From: an uncultured Bacteroidales bacterium
GTDB taxonomy: Bacteria; Bacteroidota; Bacteroidia; Bacteroidales; UBA7960
Reading direction: 5' to 3'
Assembly: GCA_964624065.1 (NCBI GenBank)
Contig: CAZUWF010000007.1
Location: forward strand, 14,134-78,133
Length of the DNA: 64,000 bases
Shown here: positions 47,470 to 56,926 of the stretch, piece by piece
Layout of the letters: every line of letters begins with the position of its first letter
Position numbering within the stretch: position 1 is the first letter of the stretch
Program-made: the position numbers and the translations under genes
The notes under the pieces: generated by a model
Database searches by the model: none
What the model saw: only the letters and a program-made list of their open reading frames with translations
Told to the model about the DNA's origin: nothing

Positions 47470-47527
47470 TAGCACAAAACAGCTCGGTTTCGCGAGTTGA
47501 AAATTGATTTTCAATATATTAAAATTG

Positions 47528-48133
47528 ATGGAAGTCTTTGACCACCTAACTCCAAAGGCCCAAAGAGATTACAAGTTGATCGTAGAAGTTGCCGAAACTG
47601 GTAACCAGCGATTGTTTTCTCAACTTTTGGGGCAGTACAAGGACTCCATTTTCTTTATGCTCTTGAAATTTACCAACAACTACGAAGATGCCGAAGATCT
47701 CACCTTAGATACTTTCGGTAAGGCATTTAAAAACCTTCACCAATATACCCCAGAATACGCCTTTAGCACGTGGCTGTTTCGTATTGCCTCAAACAATGGT
47801 ATCGATTTTCTTAGAAAAAAGAAAAAGGATGCCCTATCAACACTAAACTCCAACCATATTGAAGAAGCCCTTGCAGCAAATGACGTGCCCTGCAAGTCAA
47901 GAAATCCAGAAGAAAAATTGCTTGACAACCAGCAACGGAAATTATTAAGAGAAGTAGTTACTACACTGCCCGACAGGTACCGAAAACTAGTGGAAATGCA
48001 TTACTTCGAAGGATTATCTTACGAAGAAATATGCCTTAAACTTGACCTTCCACTTGGTACTGTTAAAGGACAACTCTTCAGGGCAAGAGAGTTCCTTTGC
48101 GAGTTCATGTCCAAGACCAAAGATTTTTTGTAA
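47528..48133 (+). CDS. RNA polymerase sigma-70 family factor (ECF-type)
   Basis: Region 2 (..YEDAEDLTLDTFGKAF..) and region 4 HTH (LPDRYRKLVEMHYFEGLSYEEICLKLDLPLGTVKGQLFRAREFL). ATG 47528 is preferred over the TTG at 47504. Confidence 0.85.
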   Translation: MEVFDHLTPKAQRDYKLIVEVAETGNQRLFSQLLGQYKDSIFFMLLKFTNNYEDAEDLTLDTFGKAFKNLHQYTPEYAFSTWLFRIASNNGIDFLRKKKKDALSTLNSNHIEEALAANDVPCKSRNPEEKLLDNQQRKLLREVVTTLPDRYRKLVEMHYFEGLSYEEICLKLDLPLGTVKGQLFRAREFLCEFMSKTKDFL

Positions 48134-48449
48134 CCTATTCGAAAATCAGAACTTTAAGGTCATGGGATAAAAGTAAAAAGTGGAAATTCTCAAACCTTCA
48201 TTCCTCAAAGAAGGGTTAGTTTGCAACCTGATACTTCGTGGAGATTGATTTTTTATAGATCGAAAATCGGCGTACGAGCGGCGATTCGTGCCTACACCTA
48301 TGTCCATTTTCCAGGTAGGCTTTTACCCTTTAAAATCTCTAATCGAATAGCTTGGAGATCGTATTTCCTTTACCATTTTATTGCCCAGCACCTATCAATC
48401 CATAGATCCGTAAACCCAATAACCTTCCACTTTTTCCCAAAAAAAAATG

Positions 48450-48457
48450 TAAATTTG
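48450..48457 (+). promoter_or_regulatory. -7 promoter box (TAAATTTG) for hutU
   Basis: A TAnnTTTG match 33 nt upstream of ATG 48490. Confidence 0.5.
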
Positions 48458-48489
48458 CATGAATTTTGCAAAAAAAACTTTCGATAAAA

Positions 48490-50496
48490 ATGGAAGGAAA
48501 AGCTTTTATTGATGCCATTCTTAAGGGAATTCCCGATGAATTGCCACCCCGAAAAACCTACGATGGTAATGTAAACCACGCACCAAGGCGCAAAGACATC
48601 TTAACTCTTGAAGAAAAGAGGCTCGCAGTTAAGAACGCATTGAGGTACTTTCCACAGAAACATCACGCAGAATTGGCTATGGAGTTTGCACAAGAACTCA
48701 AAGATTACGGACGTATCTACATGTACCGTTTCAGGCCCGACTACAAAATTACCGCGCGAAGCATTGATGAGTTCCCGCACAAGAACAAGCAAGCTGCTGC
48801 CATTATGCTTATGGTTAGCAACAACCTCGATTATGTGGTTGCACAGCACCCGCACGAACTGATAACCTACGGTGGCAATGGCGCGGTTTTTCAAAACTGG
48901 GCCCAATACCTCCTTTGTATGAAGTATTTGGCCGAAATGACCGACGAGCAAACCTTGGTTATTTATAGCGGCCATCCCATGGGATTGTTCCCATCGCACC
49001 CCGATGCACCGCGGGTGGTGGTTTCAAACGGAATGATGATTCCAAACTACTCGAAACCCGATGATTGGGAGCGCTACAATGCCTTGGGAGTAACCCAGTA
49101 CGGCCAGATGACTGCCGGCTCTTTCATGTACATTGGCCCGCAAGGAATTGTTCACGGAACCACCATCACCGTGCTCAACGCTGGCCGCCGATTGCCTGGC
49201 AGCGACGGCTCATTAGCTGGCAAAGTATTCGTTACGAGTGGGCTAGGTGGAATGTCGGGAGCCCAAGCCAAGGCAGCTGTGATTGCTGGGGCTGTGGGCG
49301 TTCTGGCAGAAATCAACCCAAAGGTTACCAAGATTCGGCACGAACAAGGATGGGTTGACGAGGTTTACACCGACCTCAACACTATGGTAAACAGGATAAA
49401 ATATGCCAAGGTTCACAAGGAGGCGGTATCTATGGCCTACCAAGGAAACATCGTGGACCTGTGGGAAAAACTTGTGGCAGAAAATATTGATGTAGAACTC
49501 GGTTCAGACCAAACATCATTGCACAACCCCTGGGCAGGGGGCTATTATCCGGCAGGTTTATCATTCGAGGAGTCCAATAAAATGATGTTCGAAAACCCCG
49601 AAGGTTTCAGGGGGCATGTAAAGGAATCTCTGGTAAGGCAAGTTAATGCCATAAAGAAAATGACCCAACGTGGAATGTATTTCTGGGATTATGGCAATGC
49701 CTTCTTGCTGGAAGCGGGACGTGCCGGTGCCGATGTTTTTAAACTAGATGGTACTTTCATTTACCCCAGTTACGTGCAGGACATTATGGGCCCGATGTGC
49801 TTCGATTACGGATTTGGCCCTTTTAGATGGGTATGTGCCTCGTCGCTACCCGAAGACCTTCGCACTACCGACCGCCTTGCCCTGGAAGTTATGGAAAATC
49901 TGGCTTTAAAAGCCCCACCAGAAATTAAGCAGCAACTTGCGGACAACATTTTGTGGATTAGGCAGGCCGAAGAAAACAAGCTAGTGGTTGGCTCTCAGGC
50001 CCGAATACTTTATGCCGACAGTGATGGCCGGATCGAGATAGCACGGGCTTTCAACAATGCCATTAAGGAAGGTCTTATTAAGGGACCTGTTATTCTGGGG
50101 CGCGATCATCACGACGTGAGCGGTACCGACAGCCCCTTTAGGGAAACCTCAAATATATACGATGGATCGCAGTTTACGGCCGATATGGCAATACACAACG
50201 TGATAGGCGATAGCTTCAGGGGTGCAACCTGGGTTAGCATTCACAATGGAGGCGGCGTGGGCTGGGGCGAAGTGATAAACGGTGGTTTCGGAATGGTGCT
50301 CGATGGCACTCCCGAAGCCGAACGTCGCTTGGAATCTATGCTGTTTTGGGACGTGAACAACGGTATTGCCCGCCGCAGCTGGGCCAGAAATCCAGAAGCC
50401 ATCTTCGCCATAAAAAGGGCGATGGAGGCACAACCTAAACTAAAAGTTACCCTGCCCAATATTGCCGATGACAGAGTGCTGGTGGGGCTGTTTTAG
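48490..50496 (+). CDS. hutU: Urocanate hydratase
   Basis: About 668 aa with urocanase blocks YGGNGAVFQNW, TSGLGGMSGAQ and GRDHHDVSGTDSPFRETSN. ATG 48490 is preferred over the TTG at 48466. Confidence 0.96.
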   Translation: MEGKAFIDAILKGIPDELPPRKTYDGNVNHAPRRKDILTLEEKRLAVKNALRYFPQKHHAELAMEFAQELKDYGRIYMYRFRPDYKITARSIDEFPHKNKQAAAIMLMVSNNLDYVVAQHPHELITYGGNGAVFQNWAQYLLCMKYLAEMTDEQTLVIYSGHPMGLFPSHPDAPRVVVSNGMMIPNYSKPDDWERYNALGVTQYGQMTAGSFMYIGPQGIVHGTTITVLNAGRRLPGSDGSLAGKVFVTSGLGGMSGAQAKAAVIAGAVGVLAEINPKVTKIRHEQGWVDEVYTDLNTMVNRIKYAKVHKEAVSMAYQGNIVDLWEKLVAENIDVELGSDQTSLHNPWAGGYYPAGLSFEESNKMMFENPEGFRGHVKESLVRQVNAIKKMTQRGMYFWDYGNAFLLEAGRAGADVFKLDGTFIYPSYVQDIMGPMCFDYGFGPFRWVCASSLPEDLRTTDRLALEVMENLALKAPPEIKQQLADNILWIRQAEENKLVVGSQARILYADSDGRIEIARAFNNAIKEGLIKGPVILGRDHHDVSGTDSPFRETSNIYDGSQFTADMAIHNVIGDSFRGATWVSIHNGGGVGWGEVINGGFGMVLDGTPEAERRLESMLFWDVNNGIARRSWARNPEAIFAIKRAMEAQPKLKVTLPNIADDRVLVGLF

Positions 50497-50626
50497 AAAC
50501 AAGAAAATCCCCGTTAAAGAGATTCTTTTACTGATATCTGAAGCATATACCTGATCATTAACTTTTTGCGAATATTCGGAAAATTACGCGATTGGACAAA
50601 AATTGGCGGTTACTTGTAACCAAGAG

Positions 50627-50986
50627 CTACCGCAAAATCCTCTCCATCTTTTTGCCCTTAGCCAGTTCGTCAACCAGTTTGTCGAGGTAGCGAACTTGTT
50701 TGGTTAAGGGTGTTTCTATTTCTTCAATCCTGTACCCGCAAATAACCCCGGTTATCTTTTTGGCGTTGGGGTGCAGTTTTGCCATTTGGAAAAATGTTTC
50801 GAATGTCACTTTGTCGGCAATGAGTTCTTTCAGTTTGGTCACATCAAAGCCGGTAAGCCACTCGATTACCTGATTCAGCTCTTCCCTTGACCTTCCCTTA
50901 CCTTCAACTTTTGCCACGTAGTGAGGATAAACTGATCCAAAGGTCATTTTTGCAATTCGTTGGTCGTGTTCCGGGGTGGTTTTCAT
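50627..50986 (-). CDS. DUF2200 domain-containing protein
   Basis: MKTTPEHDQRIAKMTFGSVYPHYVAKVEGKGRSREELNQVIEWLTGF is typical of DUF2200. I prefer ATG 50986. Confidence 0.8.
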   Translation of the reverse strand: MKTTPEHDQRIAKMTFGSVYPHYVAKVEGKGRSREELNQVIEWLTGFDVTKLKELIADKVTFETFFQMAKLHPNAKKITGVICGYRIEEIETPLTKQVRYLDKLVDELAKGKKMERILR

Positions 50987-51054
50987 ATAAGTTATGTTCT
51001 TTATGGTGGGTTGAACTAATGAGATGTTTTTTAGAAATTTCAACCGTGGGTTGT

Positions 51055-51067
51055 AAAAAAAAAAAAA
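51055..51067 (+). repeat. A13 homopolymer tract in the DUF2200 | esterase divergent intergenic region
   Basis: Counted directly: 13 consecutive A (T13 on the minus strand), about 70 nt upstream of the DUF2200 ATG. Confidence 0.95.
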
Positions 51068-51377
51068 CTTTACCTAATGATCTCAACCCTTGTTTTTTGT
51101 CCTGTTTGTCATTCTAAATTGTATTGACAAATGTAATAAGAAATCCGAGAAGCAACAGTAGGCAGAATAAATCATAAACAAACACCTGAACGGGTAAATG
51201 AAAGGTGGTGGTACGCACCAACAATAGTATCTCCACTCAAAAAACTAACCGCTCGATAATCATAAAATAGTAACTTTGCCTACTAAAAACAAGAAGAAAG
51301 TAATAGTAGCGGGGTTTTCGGGGAGGATAGGCTTTTCTGGCATTAGTTTAATATAATAGACTAAAAAATAAACCGAT

Positions 51378-52262
51378 ATGACCAAGCATTCATCAGCAAT
51401 ATGGATATTAATTGCAATGGCAGCATTTAGTTTTTCGCATACTTTAAGTTTTGGAAAAAAGAAGGAGAAAAAAGGCAACATCATAATTCATCACAAATTT
51501 CAATCGGAGTATGTTGACCCTCGCAACGTGGAGGTTTGGTTGCCACCTGGCTACAATCCTGATATGAAGTACGACGTTGTCTACATGCATGACGGTCAAA
51601 ACGTTTTCAATCCCAAAACATCCTACACCGGGATAGCTTGGGAAATGGACTCAACAATGATTAGGCTTTTGGAAGAGAACAAAGTACGCCCTGCAATTGT
51701 GGTTGGCATTTGGAATACCCCAATGAGGTTTCAGGAGTATATGCCCAACGAGCCCAACGAAGAAATCTTCAGGCGCACCAAAAACCAGGATGGCATGGCA
51801 CAGATCCAATCTGACAATTATCTTTCGTTCATCGTAAAAGAACTAAAGCCATTCATTGACCAAGCATACAGCACCAATAGTGGCCCAAGATCAACCTTTA
51901 TTATGGGCTCAAGTATGGGTGGGCTTATTTCCCTTTATGCCATAATCAAGTACCCCGATGTGTTTGGAGGTGCCGGTTGCGTGTCAACCCACTGGCCAGC
52001 ATTGGATGGGGTCTTCATTGATTTCCTTGAGGGGAATCTACCAAATCCCTCCACGCATAAAATTTATTTCGATTACGGCACGGTGAACCTCGATTCGCTT
52101 TACAAACCATACCAGGATAGGGTAAATTTAATTATGGAAGCCTCTGGCTACGAAAGTGGAAAAAACTGGATTACCATAGGCTTTGAAGGCCACGACCATA
52201 ATGAGGCGCACTGGCGCGACAGGCTCCACCATCCCACAAGGTTCTTGCTTGGAATTGAGTAA
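51378..52262 (+). CDS. Secreted alpha/beta-hydrolase, 'putative esterase' family
   Basis: Has a signal peptide, the nucleophile elbow GSSMGGLISL and a C-terminal HDHNEAHW. Confidence 0.75.
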   Translation: MTKHSSAIWILIAMAAFSFSHTLSFGKKKEKKGNIIIHHKFQSEYVDPRNVEVWLPPGYNPDMKYDVVYMHDGQNVFNPKTSYTGIAWEMDSTMIRLLEENKVRPAIVVGIWNTPMRFQEYMPNEPNEEIFRRTKNQDGMAQIQSDNYLSFIVKELKPFIDQAYSTNSGPRSTFIMGSSMGGLISLYAIIKYPDVFGGAGCVSTHWPALDGVFIDFLEGNLPNPSTHKIYFDYGTVNLDSLYKPYQDRVNLIMEASGYESGKNWITIGFEGHDHNEAHWRDRLHHPTRFLLGIE

Positions 52263-52412
52263 CCCAAAGTGGCTGGAAAACATTCAATGTAAATTTGGTT
52301 GAAGGTAAACCTTGGTCTAAGATCCGAGGCAAGGCTATAAAAAATTCATGATTTGACTTTGCAGCCCGCTGAATAATGCCGCCTGCTAATTGTTGGTAAT
52401 ATTGACAAGTAT

Positions 52413-53654
52413 TTGAAAAAAATCGCTTTCCATACACTTGGTTGCAAGTTGAATTTCTCGGAAACCTCTTCCATCAAGAGGGACTTTTTGCCGAGGGAGT
52501 TCGAAAACGTGGAGTTTTCGGAGGTTGCTGATTATTACGTCATCAATTCTTGTTCGGTCACGGGCAAGGCGGAGAAAACTTGTAGGGCGTTGGTTCGCAA
52601 GGCCTTGAAAACCAATCCAGAGGCTAAGGTTGCCATAATCGGATGCTTTTCCCAACTTAAACCCGCCGAGCTGGCTGCCATGCCCGGTGTTTCGTTGGTT
52701 TTGGGCAACGATGAAAAGTTCGACCTAATTAACCACCTAAAAAACCTATCAGCACCAACCACACCAAAAATAGACCCCAAAGACCCCGAAAGGTTCGTGC
52801 CAACATTTTCGTCCGACGACCGCACTCGCTCGTTTCTCAAAATTCAAGACGGTTGCGATTATTTCTGCACCTATTGCACCATTCCACTTGCCCGCGGCCA
52901 CAGCCGGAGCAATACGATAGCCCAAACCATTGAAACGGCAATACAATTGGCTGCTACAGGCATAAAAGAAGTTGTACTTTCGGGGGTGAATATTGGTGAT
53001 TTCGGAAAAAACAACGGGGAAACGTTTTTTGAGTTCCTTAAAGAATTGGTGAGGGTTGATGGTTTCGAGCGTATAAGGATTTCGTCGGTTGAGCCCGACT
53101 TGCTGCACGATGAAATTATCGAACTGGTGGCACGCCAGTCAAAACTTATGCCGCACTTTCACATACCGCTTCAATCGGGCAGCAACAAAGTGTTGAAAGA
53201 TATGGGAAGACACTACTCTCGAGAGGTATTCGAATCCAGGGTGCGCAGCATCAAGCAGCTGATGCCTCACGCTTGCATTGCAGCCGATGTCATTGTTGGG
53301 TTCCCAACAGAAACTGAAGAACTATTTTCAGAAACCCATAAGTTCATCGAGAGCCTTCCGATTTCATACCTTCATGTTTTCTCATACAGCCAAAGGGAAA
53401 ACACCAAGGCGTTGAAATTGACCCTAATGAACAACCCCCCGGAGGTTGCCCGGCGCTCCAGAGCATTGCACGACCTTTCCGATAAGAAAAAAGAGCAATT
53501 CTACAGAGAAAACAAAGGCTACAAGGCTCTGGTTTTGTGGGAAAACGACAAATCAGGAGGTTACATGCATGGGTTTACCGATAACTACATCCGGCTCCAG
53601 ACCAAGTACGACGAAAACCTGGTGAACACTATTCAGGAGGTTATTGTTCGGTGA
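52413..53654 (+). CDS. mtaB: tRNA (t6A37) methylthiotransferase MtaB (radical SAM)
   Basis: Has the MTTase N-terminus KKIAFHTLGCKLNFSE, the radical SAM motif CDYFCTYCTIP and a TRAM-like C-terminus. The start codon is apparently TTG, because there is no in-frame ATG upstream after the stop at 52374. Confidence 0.88.
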   Translation: MKKIAFHTLGCKLNFSETSSIKRDFLPREFENVEFSEVADYYVINSCSVTGKAEKTCRALVRKALKTNPEAKVAIIGCFSQLKPAELAAMPGVSLVLGNDEKFDLINHLKNLSAPTTPKIDPKDPERFVPTFSSDDRTRSFLKIQDGCDYFCTYCTIPLARGHSRSNTIAQTIETAIQLAATGIKEVVLSGVNIGDFGKNNGETFFEFLKELVRVDGFERIRISSVEPDLLHDEIIELVARQSKLMPHFHIPLQSGSNKVLKDMGRHYSREVFESRVRSIKQLMPHACIAADVIVGFPTETEELFSETHKFIESLPISYLHVFSYSQRENTKALKLTLMNNPPEVARRSRALHDLSDKKKEQFYRENKGYKALVLWENDKSGGYMHGFTDNYIRLQTKYDENLVNTIQEVIVR

Positions 53655-53895
53655 ACCACCATTAGTCCGGAGGTAAGGTAGAATAACCACGAGAGAAGAA
53701 TATTGGACGATGGGAATTGGTACTTAAAACTTTGAAACCATTAAAAATTTAAACCTTACCTCTGTTTTTTCACTTCTTGCTTTTTCCAGATTTTCTTAAG
53801 GTGTTCTGAGTGTTTCTAAAGCGAAAAAAATTCTTAAAAATTTGATTTAATCAGGGTTTGAAAAGCAATCGGTTTTACAAGGATTCAAATTAAAA

Positions 53896-54699
53896 ATGAA
53901 TACTTACCCACAATTAAACCTCCTGAGGGAGCTTGTTTGCGAGCTTGCCCTTCGGGTCGGACTTTTTCTCAAGGAGGAAAACAGCAAGCTGGACCATAGC
54001 CAAGTAGAGACCAAAAGCCTCAATAGCCTGGTATCGTATGTTGACAAAGAAGCAGAGCGAATTTTGGTGGCAGGCCTAAAGGAGCTTTTACCCGAGTCGG
54101 GTTTCTTGGCCGAGGAGGAAACCGCAACAAGCCAAGGTGAAGATTTTGTTTGGATCATTGACCCATTAGATGGAACTACCAACTACATACACAGACTCCC
54201 CATTTACAGCATTTCATTTGCCTTGCAGCATCACAACCAAATAATTATCGGCGTGGTTTACGAGGTAAACAACAACGAATTGTTTTGGGCAGTGAAGGAC
54301 AAGGGAGCCTTTCTAAACGGACAAAGAATTTTTGCATCCAACAGGCAAAAAATGGACGACTGCCTCGTTGCCACTGGTTTCCCTTATTTCGACTACACTA
54401 TATTGGACAATTACATTCCATACCTTATTTGGTGCATGCAAACAACCAGGGGTGTTCGCCGCCTGGGTAGTGCTGCCGTTGACCTTGCATACGTTGCCTG
54501 CGGGCGATTTGACGGTTTTTTCGAATACAGCCTAAACGCTTGGGACGTGGCTGCCGGGAGCCTTATCGTAAAAGAAGCAGGCGGCAAGGTAACCGATTTT
54601 TCGGGCACCGACCATTACTTGCATGACAAACAAATACTTGCAGCCGGCAGGGAAATACACAAACTTATGCTCGAAAAGGCAATGGAACTGCTATTGTAG
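53896..54699 (+). CDS. Inositol monophosphatase family protein (SuhB-like)
   Basis: Has IMPase motifs WIIDPLDGTTNY and AWDVAAGSLIVKEAGG. Confidence 0.88.
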   Translation: MNTYPQLNLLRELVCELALRVGLFLKEENSKLDHSQVETKSLNSLVSYVDKEAERILVAGLKELLPESGFLAEEETATSQGEDFVWIIDPLDGTTNYIHRLPIYSISFALQHHNQIIIGVVYEVNNNELFWAVKDKGAFLNGQRIFASNRQKMDDCLVATGFPYFDYTILDNYIPYLIWCMQTTRGVRRLGSAAVDLAYVACGRFDGFFEYSLNAWDVAAGSLIVKEAGGKVTDFSGTDHYLHDKQILAAGREIHKLMLEKAMELLL

Positions 54700-54751
54700 C
54701 AAAAATTATTTAAGACCCCTGTTCCAAAAATAAGTAGTTGAAAGAAATTGT

Positions 54752-54759
54752 TAAATTTG
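54752..54759 (+). promoter_or_regulatory. -7 promoter box (TAAATTTG) for the metallopeptidase gene
   Basis: A TAnnTTTG match 45 nt upstream of ATG 54804. Confidence 0.4.
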
Positions 54760-54803
54760 TGGCAGTTAATCCCTAGGTTAATTTTTAAACATATTTTTAA
54801 AAA

Positions 54804-56846
54804 ATGAAAAAAATCATCTCATTCCTATCATTAATTATCTTTTTAATAGGTAACGGAAATAACCTTTCAAGTCAGATTAAAGAAGAATCGCCGGTAGGCC
54901 AGGCCGTTGTGACTGGCCTTATTGAAAGGCTCGTGGAAAATCACGGTCGAGAAACAAAATTCCGCATTGAGAGAGGGGTTAAACAAGCTGCAACACTTTG
55001 GCGACTTAGCGATGGGACTGTTGAGGATTTCAAGAACTTCATTATGAAAAACTTTATCTCCAACGAAGTGGAGCTTAACCTTATTTTCGACCGACTTGCC
55101 AACAACTTCGAGTACCTTTTCGGGTATATGGGTCGTATCGGAATGGAGCTAAGAAGGCAAGTTGACGAAGACCGAGGATCACTACACCAAATAGACCAAA
55201 TATTCGGGGCTTACAGTCCGTCGGCGCACATTCAAGACGACTTGTTCAAGAATAAGATAGCTTTTATCGTTGCGCTCAATTTTCCTAAATATTCATTGGA
55301 GGAGAAAAACCAATTGGGAGCTGATTGGGATGGCCGTCAATGGGGTATGGCGAGGCTTGGAGAAGTTTTCACGGCTCGGGTTCCTCCCAGCATTATTCAA
55401 GAAAACAACCAAGTTTACAGCAAGGGGCGGCTTTACATTTCGGAGTACAACATTTTCGCCGGAAGGCTTTTGAACCAAGCTGGCCAAACACGTTTCCCAC
55501 AGGCCATGAAGCTCTTGGCACACTGGAACGTTCGTGACGAGATAAAGTCGAACTACACCCAGGCAAACGGGCTCGAAAAACAAGAAATGCTCTACCATGT
55601 GATGCTGCGCATTATCAATCAGGACATTCCCAAGCAGGTTATTAACAACGAAGCGTACAACTGGAATCCCTTTACCAACGAGCTTTTCAGGGATGGAAAG
55701 CCAGAAAAGGTAATACCCGAAGGAACCGTCAGGTACGAGCATCTACTCGAAAACTTCAGGGCAATCAAAAGGGTTGACCCATATTATCCGTGTGCCGACA
55801 CTTACATCAAAAGGCGTTTCGACGACAGTATGGAAATTCCGTTCGAAGAGGTTGATAACCTTTTCAAGGAATATGCAGCATCTCCCCTGTTGCGCGAGGT
55901 GGCAAAAATTATTAGCGGTAGGCTCGGCAGGCCTCTTCGCCCATTTGACCTCTGGTACGATGGATTCAAGTCGCGCGGGGCAATTGGCGAGGAAGCCCTT
56001 GATAAGATTACTAAGGGGCGCTATCCGAGTGCCCAAGCAATGAAGCAGGACCTGCCACGTATGCTCAGGCATCTGCAATTCAACCCTAAAATGGCAGAAT
56101 TCATCGCCTCAAAAATTGAGGTTGACGCCGCTCGTGGTTCAGGGCATGCCTTAAGGGCATCCATGCGCGAAACTACTTCGCACCTCCGCACCCGGGTTGC
56201 CAAAGAAGGGATGAACTACAAGGGTTACAACATTGCTATTCACGAGCTTGGACACAACGTGGAGCAAACCATAAGCGTGCAAAGGGTTAACAATTACTTT
56301 GTCAACGGAATCCCAAACACTGCATTTACCGAAGCATTGGCCTTCATGTTTCAGGCTCGCGATCTCGAGCTGCTGGGTATGAAACAAAATGACCCGCTTA
56401 AGGATCATCTTGATGTGTTGGATGTATTCTGGAACAACTACGAAATGATGGGTGTATCGCTCGTGGATATGAACGTTTGGAAATGGATGTATGAAAACCC
56501 CGAAGCCAACCCCGAACAGCTCAAAGAGGCTGTTATTAAAATAGCGAAAGGAATTTGGAACGAATATTATGCCGACGTTTTTGGCCAACGAGATATTCCC
56601 CTGCTTGCCATTTACTCTCATATGATTCAGTCGCCGTTATATCTTATGAACTACCCCTATGGCCGATTGATAATGTTTCAGCTCGAAGATTACTACAAAG
56701 GCAAGAATTTTGCCGATGAAACACTCAGGATTTTCAGCCTGGGAAGACTTACTCCACGCATTTGGATGCAAAGGGCTGTTGGAACTCAAATTAGAAACCA
56801 ACCAATATTCAATGCCGTAATTGAGGCCCTGGCAAAGATTCAGTAA
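54804..56846 (+). CDS. Secreted zinc metallopeptidase (HEXXH; M3/oligoendopeptidase-like)
   Basis: Has a signal peptide, IAIHELGHNVEQ and a downstream FTEALAF (third-ligand Glu candidate). Confidence 0.65.
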   Translation: MKKIISFLSLIIFLIGNGNNLSSQIKEESPVGQAVVTGLIERLVENHGRETKFRIERGVKQAATLWRLSDGTVEDFKNFIMKNFISNEVELNLIFDRLANNFEYLFGYMGRIGMELRRQVDEDRGSLHQIDQIFGAYSPSAHIQDDLFKNKIAFIVALNFPKYSLEEKNQLGADWDGRQWGMARLGEVFTARVPPSIIQENNQVYSKGRLYISEYNIFAGRLLNQAGQTRFPQAMKLLAHWNVRDEIKSNYTQANGLEKQEMLYHVMLRIINQDIPKQVINNEAYNWNPFTNELFRDGKPEKVIPEGTVRYEHLLENFRAIKRVDPYYPCADTYIKRRFDDSMEIPFEEVDNLFKEYAASPLLREVAKIISGRLGRPLRPFDLWYDGFKSRGAIGEEALDKITKGRYPSAQAMKQDLPRMLRHLQFNPKMAEFIASKIEVDAARGSGHALRASMRETTSHLRTRVAKEGMNYKGYNIAIHELGHNVEQTISVQRVNNYFVNGIPNTAFTEALAFMFQARDLELLGMKQNDPLKDHLDVLDVFWNNYEMMGVSLVDMNVWKWMYENPEANPEQLKEAVIKIAKGIWNEYYADVFGQRDIPLLAIYSHMIQSPLYLMNYPYGRLIMFQLEDYYKGKNFADETLRIFSLGRLTPRIWMQRAVGTQIRNQPIFNAVIEALAKIQ

Positions 56847-56926
56847 GTTTGCCTGTTGGTGGGAGGTGAAGTTTTGATTATCAATTGTTACCTTTTCCGA
56901 TGTTTAATTAATAAATTCTTACCCTT

